A stretch of DNA of 64,000 nt from Bacteroidota bacterium (lineage in GTDB: Bacteria > Bacteroidota > Bacteroidia > AKYH767-A > OLB10), in contig JANLZB010000055.1 of assembly GCA_031366005.1 (NCBI GenBank), forward strand, positions 1,179 to 65,178. Reading direction: 5' to 3'. Position 1 is the stretch's first letter. The number at the start of each line of letters is the position of its first letter. The position numbers were made by a program, and so were the translations under genes. Below the pieces are notes generated by a model that saw nothing but the letters and a program-made list of their open reading frames with translations, had not been told where the DNA came from and did not search any database. Shown here piece by piece: positions 10,249-20,842 of the stretch.

Positions 10249-11154
10249 TTGCTCCATAACCTTAGTAAAACAGGTTTATATTCTGTTATTCATATATTAA
10301 AGCCAAAACAAAACGTGGAAACAATTGCAAATGTTAATAATACACTACTCAGCAAACAATTGGAAAAATTCATTGGCAACAATCCTGTGCCCGGTTATAT
10401 GGAAGATTTTATCACTGCTGTTGAAAGAACTTATTTTCAATATGAAAGGGAACTTGAACATGTAAGTAATCTTGAAAAAATTAATCGCGAACTCGATCAG
10501 TTTGCTTATATAGTTTCTCATGATCTCAAAGCGCCATTAAGAGCGATGTCAAGTTTGATAAGCTGGATTGAGGAAGACTCAGGAGAATTTATGACTAAGG
10601 ATTCTCAGGAAAATCTTCAAATCATTGTAGGGAGAATTCAAAGAATGGAAAATCTTATTCAAGGCATATTGGCTTATTCAAAAGCAGGAAAAGAAAAAAC
10701 GGAGAAAACGGTAGTGAATGTAAAAGAGTTGCTCAATGAAATCATAGACTCTGTTTCTGTACCACCGCATATTACTATTACAAACAAAGTGGAAGTGTCA
10801 CATCTTCTCACAGAGAAAATAAAGCTGAGTCAGGTTTTTGCAAATCTTATTTCCAATGCAATTAAATACAATGATAAAAGCAAGGGCGAAATAGAAATTG
10901 GTTGTTATGAATATGATAACTGGTGTCAGTTTTATGTTCAGGATAACGGACCTGGAATTGAAAAGGAATATCACGAAAAAGTTTTTATGATTTTTCAGAC
11001 ACTCAATTCACGTGATGAAATTGAGAGCACCGGAATAGGACTATCAATTGTGAAGAAGATTGTAGAAGAACAAAATGGGAAAATATGGGTTGAATCAGAA
11101 ACTGGAAAAGGTTCACGTTTTGTTTTTACCTGGCCTGCTATAAAACAACAATAA
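10249..11154 (+). CDS. Cytoplasmic histidine kinase (HisKA + HATPase); probable start GTG 10315
   Basis: ELDQFAYIVSHDLKAPLR, QVFANLISNAIKY, VQDNGPGI, TGIGLSIVKKIVE. Confidence 0.9.
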   Translation: MLHNLSKTGLYSVIHILKPKQNVETIANVNNTLLSKQLEKFIGNNPVPGYMEDFITAVERTYFQYERELEHVSNLEKINRELDQFAYIVSHDLKAPLRAMSSLISWIEEDSGEFMTKDSQENLQIIVGRIQRMENLIQGILAYSKAGKEKTEKTVVNVKELLNEIIDSVSVPPHITITNKVEVSHLLTEKIKLSQVFANLISNAIKYNDKSKGEIEIGCYEYDNWCQFYVQDNGPGIEKEYHEKVFMIFQTLNSRDEIESTGIGLSIVKKIVEEQNGKIWVESETGKGSRFVFTWPAIKQQ

Positions 11155-11175
11155 CAAATTAAAAAAATAAAAAAA

Positions 11176-11619
11176 ATGGAAGAGAAATTATTACACGTCA
11201 TGCTTGTTGAAGATGATAGCGTTGATGTAATGAATGTGCAACGCGCTTTTAAAAAGAACAATATTAATAATCCGCTACATGTAGCATTTAACGGAGTGGA
11301 AGCGCTAAACATGCTGCGTGGTACAAATGGAAAACCCAAAATGAATCCTTTGCCGGGAGTAATACTTTGCGATATCAATATGCCTAAGATGAATGGCATT
11401 GAATTTCTCAAAGAGCTTCGTAATGACGAGGCGTTGAAATCATGCAGTGTATTTATAATGACTACCTCAAACGATGAACAGGATAAGTTTGAAGCATACC
11501 AATTGAATGTAGCCGGTTATGTTTTAAAACCACTTTCATTTGAAAAATTTGTGAGTGCAGTTTCCATTCTGAACAATTACTGGAAGTTATGTGAACACCC
11601 TGAGTTAGTTGCTTCATAA
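11176..11619 (+). CDS. Single-domain response regulator (Rcp1-like)
   Basis: MLVEDDSVD, LCDINMPKMNGIEFL, MTTS, AGYVLKP, YWKLCE. Confidence 0.9.
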   Translation: MEEKLLHVMLVEDDSVDVMNVQRAFKKNNINNPLHVAFNGVEALNMLRGTNGKPKMNPLPGVILCDINMPKMNGIEFLKELRNDEALKSCSVFIMTTSNDEQDKFEAYQLNVAGYVLKPLSFEKFVSAVSILNNYWKLCEHPELVAS

Positions 11620-11652
11620 AATAAACCGGCTAAACCCACGTCAAAAATCTTT

Positions 11653-13995
11653 ATGACTAAAAATAATTCAGCATTAAATAAAATAAAGGTTCTGCTTGTA
11701 GAAGATGTACAGGCAGATCGCATTATGATTACAAGGGCAATTCATAACGCGGGATTTGACTGCGAAATGAAATATGCTGAGAATATTGATGACGCGCTTA
11801 CACTTTCCTTTGTCCATCATTTTGATTGTATTTTACTTGATTATTATTATCCTACTGCAGGTAACGGCCTTGATTTTATAAAAACATATCAGTCGCGCGG
11901 TGGTCGCACACCCATTGTTATTGTTACTTCTCACAATGAAATAAGCATGGCTGTTGAAGTAATGAAATCAGGCGCCAGCGATTATATATGTAAAGATGAA
12001 TTATCACCTGATCATTTAATAAAAAGCTTTAATTATATCTTAAGATTAAAAATGGCGGAAGAAAGCCGCCAGGCCGCTGAACGTGCATTGATTGAAAGTG
12101 AGATGCGGATGAAAAGCATCATTGAACGATCACCGGTAATTGTATTTACAATTGATGGCGGTGGGTTTTTTAAACTGTTCAAGGGAAAAGGTGTTGATCA
12201 CATTAATATAATACATGAACAGATCATTGGTCAAAACATTCAGGATGTGAGCCATCTTACACCTGTCAGGTACCAGGATTATAAGATAGCATTAACAGGT
12301 AAAGAACTTTCTTTCAGAGTGGAAGTCAATAATCATTTTTTTGATGTGAACTATATACCTGTTCAAAACCATCTTGGAAAAATAACTTCTTTGATGGGCG
12401 TTGCGATTGACATTACAGATTTTAAACGCAGTGAAGTTGAATTGAAAAACGCAATTGTAGTAACAGAGGCTGAGTCAAAAGTAAAGGAACAGTTTCTGGC
12501 CAATATGAGTCATGAATTGAGAACTCCGATTCATGGTATCATTTGTTTAATTGATTTTGTTTTAAAAACTTCCTTGACAGATGATCAGTTGAAATACTTA
12601 GATCTTGCAAAACGATCAGCAGACAGTTTACTTTTTATCGTGAATGATATTCTTGACCTGAGTAAAATACAGGCATCCAAAATGACTTTTGAAGAAATTT
12701 CGTTTGACCTTACAGACACTCTTCAATCCTCAACAGGCGCTTTTATACCATCAGCAATTGTAAAAGGAATTGAATTAAATCTGAATATTAATGAAAATGT
12801 TCCTGCCACAGTTTGTGGTGATCCCGCACGCTTAACGCAAATCATTAATAATATTCTTGGCAATGCAATCAAATTTACAGAGAGGGGAGCGGTAAATATC
12901 ACAGTTTCCTGTAAAGAAAAAAATGAGAGCCATTCAATAATTGTGTTTGAAATTAAAGATTCCGGCATGGGAATTCCAACACATATTTTGCCAACCATAT
13001 TTGAAACTTTTTCTCAGGCCGGTAATGATATCAGCCGAAAATATGGCGGAACAGGCTTAGGTCTTACAATTTCAAAACAATTAGTGGAGCAACAAAACGG
13101 AAACATCACCGTACAAAGCAAAGTAAGTGAAGGTTCAACATTTACTATTAGCATACCATATAAAATAAATAATGCAGTAAAAAAATCGAATAAGAATAAT
13201 ACCCCTCTTACAATGAATAAAACAATTACAAAAAAATTAAATATCCTGGTGGCAGAAGACAATGATATCAATCGTTTCATTATTAAAAAGATGATGGATG
13301 ATTGGGGATTTGATCATGAATTTGCGATTACCGGTTTCGAAGTGATTGAAAAAGCAAAGCAGGCTGCTTATGACTTAATTCTTATGGATATTGAAATGCC
13401 GGAGATGAATGGTTATGAAGCAACCGCACATATCCGTAAAGAGTTATCTGCAGGAAAAAATAATATTCCGATTATTGCTATGACAGGTCATGCAATGAAT
13501 GGCGAAAGGGAAAAATGTATTGAAACAGGGATGAGTGATTATATATCAAAGCCATTTCAAAGTGATGATCTGAGGAGGAAAATTGTTGACTGCATGGAGA
13601 AACTAAACGATCAAAATGTATTTACATTAAATCCACCTGCAACTACTCAACGTTGTACTAACCTTGATTTCCTAAATGAAATATCAGATGGAAACGAAGT
13701 TTTCTTTAAAGAATTTATCACCTTATTTTTAAATAGCGCACCTGTTGCAGTGACTGATATGGAAACTGCATTAAAAAATAAAGATTGGGAAATGATGCGT
13801 CAGGTGGCACATAAAATAAAACCATCATTTAATTATGTTGGATTAAAAGATTTAAACAAAGCAGCTGCGCGTATTGAAGATTTATCTAAAAATCTATCGC
13901 AGCTTGATGAGATACCTGCACTTGTCAATGCAATAAAAACGACTTGTGAAATTGCCTTTCTGGAATTAAGACAAGAAATAAAAATAGCTGCATAA
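11653..13995 (+). CDS. Hybrid histidine kinase: REC-PAS-HisKA-HATPase-REC-Hpt
   Basis: LLVEDVQAD; FLANMSHELRTP; GGTGLGL; LVAEDNDIN...MDIEMPEMNG; AHKIKPSF (Hpt histidine). Confidence 0.92.
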   Translation: MTKNNSALNKIKVLLVEDVQADRIMITRAIHNAGFDCEMKYAENIDDALTLSFVHHFDCILLDYYYPTAGNGLDFIKTYQSRGGRTPIVIVTSHNEISMAVEVMKSGASDYICKDELSPDHLIKSFNYILRLKMAEESRQAAERALIESEMRMKSIIERSPVIVFTIDGGGFFKLFKGKGVDHINIIHEQIIGQNIQDVSHLTPVRYQDYKIALTGKELSFRVEVNNHFFDVNYIPVQNHLGKITSLMGVAIDITDFKRSEVELKNAIVVTEAESKVKEQFLANMSHELRTPIHGIICLIDFVLKTSLTDDQLKYLDLAKRSADSLLFIVNDILDLSKIQASKMTFEEISFDLTDTLQSSTGAFIPSAIVKGIELNLNINENVPATVCGDPARLTQIINNILGNAIKFTERGAVNITVSCKEKNESHSIIVFEIKDSGMGIPTHILPTIFETFSQAGNDISRKYGGTGLGLTISKQLVEQQNGNITVQSKVSEGSTFTISIPYKINNAVKKSNKNNTPLTMNKTITKKLNILVAEDNDINRFIIKKMMDDWGFDHEFAITGFEVIEKAKQAAYDLILMDIEMPEMNGYEATAHIRKELSAGKNNIPIIAMTGHAMNGEREKCIETGMSDYISKPFQSDDLRRKIVDCMEKLNDQNVFTLNPPATTQRCTNLDFLNEISDGNEVFFKEFITLFLNSAPVAVTDMETALKNKDWEMMRQVAHKIKPSFNYVGLKDLNKAAARIEDLSKNLSQLDEIPALVNAIKTTCEIAFLELRQEIKIAA

Positions 13996-14021
13996 AAAAT
14001 AATTGATTTAATAAAAATAAA

Positions 14022-15191
14022 ATGGCGAGAATATTTATTGTAGAAGATGATGTAATGGTGGCTTCGCTGATGAAACAAGCACTATCAAAAAATGACAAGT
14101 ATGAATTGCATCATTTTACCAATGCAGAAGATTGTATCAATAATCTGCATCTCAATCCGGATATAATTACGGTTGATTACAATCTTCCGGGTATGGACGG
14201 GCTTACGCTGATGAGCAGGATTAAAACCTATAATCAGAATATTATGGTGATCATTTGTTCTGGTCAGGGAAGTGTGGAAGTAGTAATCAGCAGTTACCGC
14301 AACGGAGCACAGGATTATATTTTGAAAAATGATAACATGATGGCTGATGTTGAACGATCAGTAAATAATCTTGCTATGAGTGTTGTTCTTCGCAAGGAAG
14401 TAGAGCTTTTACAGGATCAGATTATTGACAGACATCGTTATTCAAACATAATTGGAAATAGTCAGCCCATTCTTAGAGTATTACGCCTGATACAGAAAGT
14501 AGAAAAAAATAATATGATGGTACTAGTGACAGGGCAAAGCGGAACCGGAAAGGAATTAGTAGCAAGTGCATTGCATTATAATTCAACACGTGCACGTAAG
14601 CCATTTGTGATTGTAAACATGGGAGCAATCCCTGATGAGTTGGTAGAGAGTGAATTATTTGGTCATGAGAAAGGAGCATTTACTGATGCACGGGATAAAA
14701 GAATAGGAAAGTTTGAAGAAGCTGATGGTGGAACTATTTTCCTTGACGAAATTGGAGAGATGGACATGGGCCTGCAGGCAAAACTTTTGCGCGTGTTGCA
14801 GGAAAAAGAAGTGACACGAATCGGAAGCAACAAAACAATGAAACTTGATTTCAGACTTATTGCGGCAACCAATAAAAATTTAACACAGGAAGTAAAAGAA
14901 GGACGTTTCAGAGAAGATTTATTTTACCGCCTGCAAGGATTTTTAATTCATCTCCCTCCGTTAAAAGAGCGTGGTGATGATATCATTTTATTAGCCAAAC
15001 ACTTTCTTGAATCCTTTTGCAAACTTAACAAGCTACCACAATTCACTATTGCTAAAGAAGCAATTAAGTTCATGCTTGAATATTCATGGCCCGGAAATGT
15101 TCGCGAGTTAAAATCAATTGTTGAGCGTGCTACTCTTATGGCTGAAAATAATGCAATCACTTTAGAGGATTTGACATTCGTTACAGCATAA
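14022..15191 (+). CDS. NtrC-type sigma-54-dependent activator (REC + AAA+) with no C-terminal HTH
   Basis: GQSGTGKE, GAFTDA, FLDEIGEM, FREDLFYRL, WPGNVREL; the protein stops 26 aa after WPGNVREL. Confidence 0.9.
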   Translation: MARIFIVEDDVMVASLMKQALSKNDKYELHHFTNAEDCINNLHLNPDIITVDYNLPGMDGLTLMSRIKTYNQNIMVIICSGQGSVEVVISSYRNGAQDYILKNDNMMADVERSVNNLAMSVVLRKEVELLQDQIIDRHRYSNIIGNSQPILRVLRLIQKVEKNNMMVLVTGQSGTGKELVASALHYNSTRARKPFVIVNMGAIPDELVESELFGHEKGAFTDARDKRIGKFEEADGGTIFLDEIGEMDMGLQAKLLRVLQEKEVTRIGSNKTMKLDFRLIAATNKNLTQEVKEGRFREDLFYRLQGFLIHLPPLKERGDDIILLAKHFLESFCKLNKLPQFTIAKEAIKFMLEYSWPGNVRELKSIVERATLMAENNAITLEDLTFVTA

Positions 15192-15217
15192 AATAAATTT
15201 AAAAAATCATAAGTCTT

Positions 15218-15709
15218 TTGTTGATGTTTAATAACACTGAAAAAAAAATACAAAGAATGGAGCCTGGTGAATTTCAGTTTAAGTGTGTAATGATTGTTGA
15301 TGATACTAAAATTGACCGTTATATAGCCACTCATGTAATAAGGAATAATCATTTTAGTGAAAATATTCTTGAATTTGATATGGCAACACACGCCATTAAA
15401 TACCTGGAACAAAACCAGGAACATCCTGAATTGCTTCCTGAAATTATTTTATTAGATATAAGAATGCCCGAGATGGATGGCTTTCAGTTTTTAGAAAGAT
15501 TATCCCTCTTGCCACAGTCAGTGAAACATAGTTGTTGTATAGTGATGCTTTCTTCTTCACTTGATCCGCTGGATCATAATCGTGCAGAAAACAGTCTTGT
15601 AGTCAAAAAATTTGTTAATAAGCCCCTCAGAAAAGAAAATTTGGATGAGATTGTTTCTTTATACAATAATTTATACGCTGTAACTCATAGCGAGAAAGGA
15701 ATAATTTAA
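15218..15709 (+). CDS. Single-domain response regulator; probable start ATG 15257
   Basis: MIVDDTKID, ILLDIRMPEMDGFQFL, MLSSSLD, NKPL. Confidence 0.88.
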   Translation: MLMFNNTEKKIQRMEPGEFQFKCVMIVDDTKIDRYIATHVIRNNHFSENILEFDMATHAIKYLEQNQEHPELLPEIILLDIRMPEMDGFQFLERLSLLPQSVKHSCCIVMLSSSLDPLDHNRAENSLVVKKFVNKPLRKENLDEIVSLYNNLYAVTHSEKGII

Positions 15710-15751
15710 TTAGCGTGCAAATAATTATTAAGAGTTATTTTGTAGAAATGT

Positions 15752-17935
15752 ATGTTCAGTTTTAATTTCAATAATCCGTTAGGTTTTTTAATTGCATTTA
15801 TTCCTGCGTTGATGAACCTGGGAATAGTGTGATATATTTATTGGAAATTACCTGAGAACCGTTTAACAAGTGTGTTTGCATTACTTGGTGTTGCTTTGGC
15901 GTGCTGGCAGATTAATGATTCTATTACACGCATAAGTCCGTCAGGGCAAATTACTGATACATGGGATATTATTTTTTGTGCTGCATGGCTTTTTGTGGGG
16001 CCCTTATGTCTTCACTTTGCTTTGTTGTATTCAAGCATTATAAAACAAGAGCGTTCACGTACTGCACTTTTATTATTATATGTTCCTGCAATCGTTTTTA
16101 CTTTACTCTACCAGGCTCGTGTTTATCCTCACTTTTATAAATATGAAAATATTTGGGGATGGGTTAATTATCATGATAAGCATTGGATAGACGTGCTGCA
16201 GATTTATTGGATATCTGTTCTTGTAATTGCTGCTACAATCATTATATTTTATCATGCATATGTTATCCGTAAAGACCTGTTACTCAAAAAGCAAACCATA
16301 ATTATTGCAACAGGAATCGGAATACCAACGGTGATGGGTATTGTAGGGCAGGTAATCATGCCGCTCATTCTTAATAAACCTGCTATACCATTTGCTTCCA
16401 CGTTTATGACTTTTTTTTCAGTAGCCACCGTTCTCTCATTGAATAAATACCGTTTGTTTAATGCAAGTGATACGGTGAGTAATGAAAAGCTGATAGAAGA
16501 CATGCCGCTGATGATATTCAGCATATCAGAAAAAAGACGGCTTACCTATATTAATAATTATGCAGCGGAGATACTTAAGATTAACAAATATGAATTAGGT
16601 ATATTACCCTTAAAGAAATTATTACGCTTTGCATCAGATGATCATTCAAACTTATTTTTCGAATCTTATATCAGCGCTTTGAGAGGAGAAACCATTAACA
16701 ATTTTGAATCAAACATAATTACTCCAAACGGAGAAAAAGATCTGGTGATTTCCTGTAAACCAATTATCAATAATAAGCAAGTGCAGGGTGTGTTATTTGC
16801 CGCACGTGATATTACAGCGTTGAAAAAATCAAACGAATTGATCAAACATAAAGAGATGCTGTTGGCCGATGCACAGGAAATTGCTCATATAGGAAGCTGG
16901 GAATGGAGTGTAAAGGAAAACGCTGTGTTATGGTCAGATGAATTGTACAGGATTTTTGGTTACGAACCCGGTAGTGAGAATATAAATTACAATCGCTTTA
17001 TAGAACTTGTGCATCCGGAGGATAGACAAAGAGTTGGGGATATTGTGATGAATTCATTAACTACACATGAACCTTTTACTTATTATGCAAGAATTATTAA
17101 AAAAGATAAGAGCATTGTGAACATACATGCCCGTGGCAAGGTGATGACAAATGAACACAATGAAGTGATTAAATTAATAGGAACGGCACAGGACGTGACG
17201 GAACAAAAGCTAAAGGAAGAAACTTTACAACGGCAAAATGAAGAGCTCCGGAAGATCAATCATGAGCTGGACAAATTTGTTTACAGTGTTTCGCATGACT
17301 TGCGTGCACCATTACTTTCCATGCAGGGTGTAATTAATATAACCACAGAAATTACACAGGAAGAAATAATTATTGAGCACATGGATATGTTGAAAACCAG
17401 CATCACCCGGCTTGATAGTTTTATTGAGGATATACTCGATTATTCGCGTAATGCAAGAGGTGAACTCAATATTCAGCCTGTGGAATTTAATCAGCTGTTA
17501 AAAATTATTACAGATGATTTAAAACATATTACAACCAACAATGGATTGGTTCAGATTGAGTTTGACACGCTTTCGGAAGAAGTATTTTGTACTGATAAAA
17601 ACCGGTTAAGTATTGTGCTTTCTAATCTTATTTCAAATGCCATCCGTTATCATAATAGAGATTCAAAAAATTGCTTTGTTAAAATACGTGTCAATACAAA
17701 TGAGTTGAATGCAATTATAGAAGTGGAGGATAACGGCATTGGAATAAGCGCTGTAAATCAGGAGAAGATTTTTGAAATGTTTTATCGTGTTTCAGAAAAC
17801 TCTACAGGATCAGGTTTGGGTTTATATATTGTCAAGGAAGCTGTCAACAGGCTCAGAGGAAAAATTGTTGTTGATTCTTCAGAGGGTAAGGGTACAAAGT
17901 TCACAGTTGAAATTCCTAATCTGCTTTATCAGTAA
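15752..17935 (+). CDS. Multi-TM (HisKA_7TM-like) PAS-PAS histidine kinase interrupted by an in-frame TGA at 15830-15832 (ORF track starts at GTG 15872)
   Basis: Frame from ATG 15752 reads MFSFNFNNPLGFLIAFIPALMNLGIV*YIYWKLPENRLTS and continues into VFALLGV...; later PAS folds (GSWEW...VHPED), SHDLRAP, GSGLGL. Confidence 0.85.
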
Positions 17936-18180
17936 ATCCAAATATTCCTGATTTTTTTAAAAGGATGCTTTTACTGTGCCGTGCATTGTGGTGTAAGAAT
18001 GTTTTTTAATCACTGATTTAATTCAAAATCCATCCTTAAGGCATAACTTTTTTTACATCTCGGTTTTATTTTATTTTCAAATTAATTCCAGCATAATACG
18101 AGAATATAAACCATTTAAAAATCAGAAACCTTTTTTAATTAATTCAGTATAATAACCTGAAATACTCCATTAAGAATAAT

Positions 18181-20802
18181 ATGAAAAATATAAAATCGAA
18201 AAGAAAAAGAATGCGACTTGTTCCCCGACAAAGTACAGGGTTACGCTACCGCCTTATTATAGCTAGCTCAGTTGTGGTTGCAATAATATTTGGTACCTGC
18301 ATTGCTATCTTCAATTTTGCTCCAGCCACCAAATCATACGGAGCTATTAATGGTGATTACCGTTCAAAAGTAAGTGGCAACTGGAGCAGCACTGCAACAT
18401 GGGAAAAATACAATGGCAGTGCATGGATTGCCGCAGTGGCTACTCCGACTTCCACGGATGGAGTAATAACCATTCAGAACGGACACACAGTAACTATTAC
18501 AGCTAACGTTACAGTTGACCAGGTAACCATTGATGCAGGAGGAGCCGTGATACTCAACTCTGCAAAAACGCTAACCATCAATAATGGTACAGGTACTGAT
18601 ATTACGGTTAACGGAACTTTTACCAATAATGGATTAATAACACAAAATGCGTCAGCTTCAATTTTGGATGCCGGTTTGTTTTTAACCAACAGCGGCAGCA
18701 CTCATAACTTAGCAGCTGGCTGCACTTTTACTATTGATGCCGGGGGAAGATGCAAGCAAAATGGCGGAGGTGGGAGCGCTGCTTCTAATTACCTGTTTGT
18801 AAACTCTGGCGGTGTTTACCAGCATAATATGGATGGGAGTGGAATTCCTCCCGGAACATGGGCTGTGGGATCTACTTGTGAAGTTACTGGTGTTACCATT
18901 ACAGTGCCGGCTAATATTTCGCAATCATATTACAATTTCACCTGGAACTGCCCTTCACAAACCGGTAACATAGATCTGGCGGGAGGATTAAATACTGTTA
19001 ATGGCGATTTTACCTTAAACAGCACAGGCAGTGGCGAACTACGGCTTTCTACTGCCAGCTCTAATTTAACCATTGCCGGTAATTATATTCAAACAGGCGG
19101 AATATTTAAAACAGTAAATGGAAATAATAATAAAGACACTTTATGTGTTGCAGGCAACTGGACGCATACGGGCGGCACTTTAACCCTGGGAGGTAATCCC
19201 CAATCACGTGCCCAAATCGTTTTTAATAAGAGCGGTACACAAACATTTACTGCAGCTAACAATACTGTTTCGGGCAAGGTTAATTACCTTGTTAAAACAA
19301 ATTCTATACTTGACCTGGGAAACAGTATTGTGCTCGGTTATGATTTTACTACACAAACCGGAAGCGGATTAATTATTAAATCTGTTAATGGAATTAAAAG
19401 CAATGGTTCGCAAGGCAACATACAGGTTTCAGGAACAATAAGCTTAAGCAGTACCACTGATTATACTTATAATGGTACTTCTGCTCAGATCACAGGAAAT
19501 GGCTTGCCATCAACAGTGCGTAATCTTACGATCAATAACAGCAGTGGAGTTACCCTAACGAGTACCGTAGCGATAAGCAATAATTTAACACTTACTGACG
19601 GACAAATAATTACAGGTAATAATGAAATAAGTGTTACCAATACTTCTACTTCAGCTATATCTGGTCAGTCAGACAGCAGCTACATATACGGCTCACTTCG
19701 AAGAAGCATAAGCATTACCGGTATTTATGATTTCCCCATAGGTGCATCTGCAACGTATGAATTAATGCGGGTTACTATTACTGCATCAGCAGGAATTTCA
19801 AATATGATTGCAACGTTTGTTCCCGGCAATCCCACACCTGCTGGCGTAAACAATTGTCATAGTGGTGGTAATGTTAATAATAATACTGGAAGCAATAATG
19901 GTACGAATGGTCATGGTCCACAATTTAACAGTAAGAATTATGACGACATGCTCGATATTGGATATTGGACACTTACTCCTGATAACGCCATTGGCACTGC
20001 AGTTTATGGAGTAGAACTTTTTGCATCCGGACAAACTAATCAAACAGCAACTAATGCTTCTGATTATGTTGTACTAAAACGGCACGATGCCACTTACAAC
20101 TGGGATATCGTTGGGGTTCCTGACTTAGTTGGACAATTAGTTACTTCCAATAAAGTAAAAGTAAAAACCACCGGCTTAACTGACTTCTCACATTTCGGAG
20201 CAGGGCAGGGTGGTGGAAGTGCTTTGCCTATTGAGCTTATTAATTTTAATGTTAAGCCAAAAGATAATATTGTTGACATCAAATGGTCAACAGCAGCAGA
20301 AAAAAATAATGATTATTTTTCATTAGAGCGTTCAGGTGATGGTAAGACATTTGAAGTAATTGAAAAAGTTGATGGAGCAGGTAATAGTAATACTGTTCTG
20401 AATTATCACACCACCGATACTCGTCCCTTGCCGGATAAGTCATACTACCGTTTGAAGCAAACGGATTTCAATGGCGATTTTACTTATTCCCCGGTTCGTG
20501 TGATTGACCGTAATGGTAAATCCAATTTACAAACTGAAACTATTGAAATAAAAAGTGTTGCACCTAATCCTTTTAACAGGCAGTTTTCAGTTACCTATAA
20601 CCTTGAAGCAGCTGGTGAAGTTCAGTTAATGTTGATCAGTATGAACGGACAAATAATGTTCACCGAAAAAATACAGGCTGACGCAGGAGTGAATTATTAT
20701 GATTACAATGAAGAGAAAAATATTCCTATTGGCAATTACATCATCACGCTGGCAAGCGGTGATAAAAAAACAAGTAAGAAAATAATAAAGTTGAGCAATT
20801 AG
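18181..20802 (+). CDS. Large T9SS-secreted beta-rich surface protein
   Basis: GDYRS..SGNWSSTATW start, G/N/T-rich beta repeats, LPIELINF Ig-like domain, C-terminal sorting domain (VAPNPFNRQ...KKIIKLSN). Confidence 0.85.
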   Translation: MKNIKSKRKRMRLVPRQSTGLRYRLIIASSVVVAIIFGTCIAIFNFAPATKSYGAINGDYRSKVSGNWSSTATWEKYNGSAWIAAVATPTSTDGVITIQNGHTVTITANVTVDQVTIDAGGAVILNSAKTLTINNGTGTDITVNGTFTNNGLITQNASASILDAGLFLTNSGSTHNLAAGCTFTIDAGGRCKQNGGGGSAASNYLFVNSGGVYQHNMDGSGIPPGTWAVGSTCEVTGVTITVPANISQSYYNFTWNCPSQTGNIDLAGGLNTVNGDFTLNSTGSGELRLSTASSNLTIAGNYIQTGGIFKTVNGNNNKDTLCVAGNWTHTGGTLTLGGNPQSRAQIVFNKSGTQTFTAANNTVSGKVNYLVKTNSILDLGNSIVLGYDFTTQTGSGLIIKSVNGIKSNGSQGNIQVSGTISLSSTTDYTYNGTSAQITGNGLPSTVRNLTINNSSGVTLTSTVAISNNLTLTDGQIITGNNEISVTNTSTSAISGQSDSSYIYGSLRRSISITGIYDFPIGASATYELMRVTITASAGISNMIATFVPGNPTPAGVNNCHSGGNVNNNTGSNNGTNGHGPQFNSKNYDDMLDIGYWTLTPDNAIGTAVYGVELFASGQTNQTATNASDYVVLKRHDATYNWDIVGVPDLVGQLVTSNKVKVKTTGLTDFSHFGAGQGGGSALPIELINFNVKPKDNIVDIKWSTAAEKNNDYFSLERSGDGKTFEVIEKVDGAGNSNTVLNYHTTDTRPLPDKSYYRLKQTDFNGDFTYSPVRVIDRNGKSNLQTETIEIKSVAPNPFNRQFSVTYNLEAAGEVQLMLISMNGQIMFTEKIQADAGVNYYDYNEEKNIPIGNYIITLASGDKKTSKKIIKLSN

Positions 20803-20842
20803 TCTCTTGAACTTACTATAAATTGAGAAACAAATAATAAAT

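Noticed and set aside
15830-15832. Genetic-code reassignment of TGA or selenocysteine
   Set aside because: TGA terminates ordinary genes here (e.g. 8941, 34956, 47702, 48730). The position is in a TM helix and no SECIS-like hairpin was evident.
17936-18180. Sigma-54 (-24/-12) promoter for the T9SS gene
   Set aside because: The best candidate, aGGcataacttttTT, lacks the -12 GC; no TGGCAC-N5-TTGC match.
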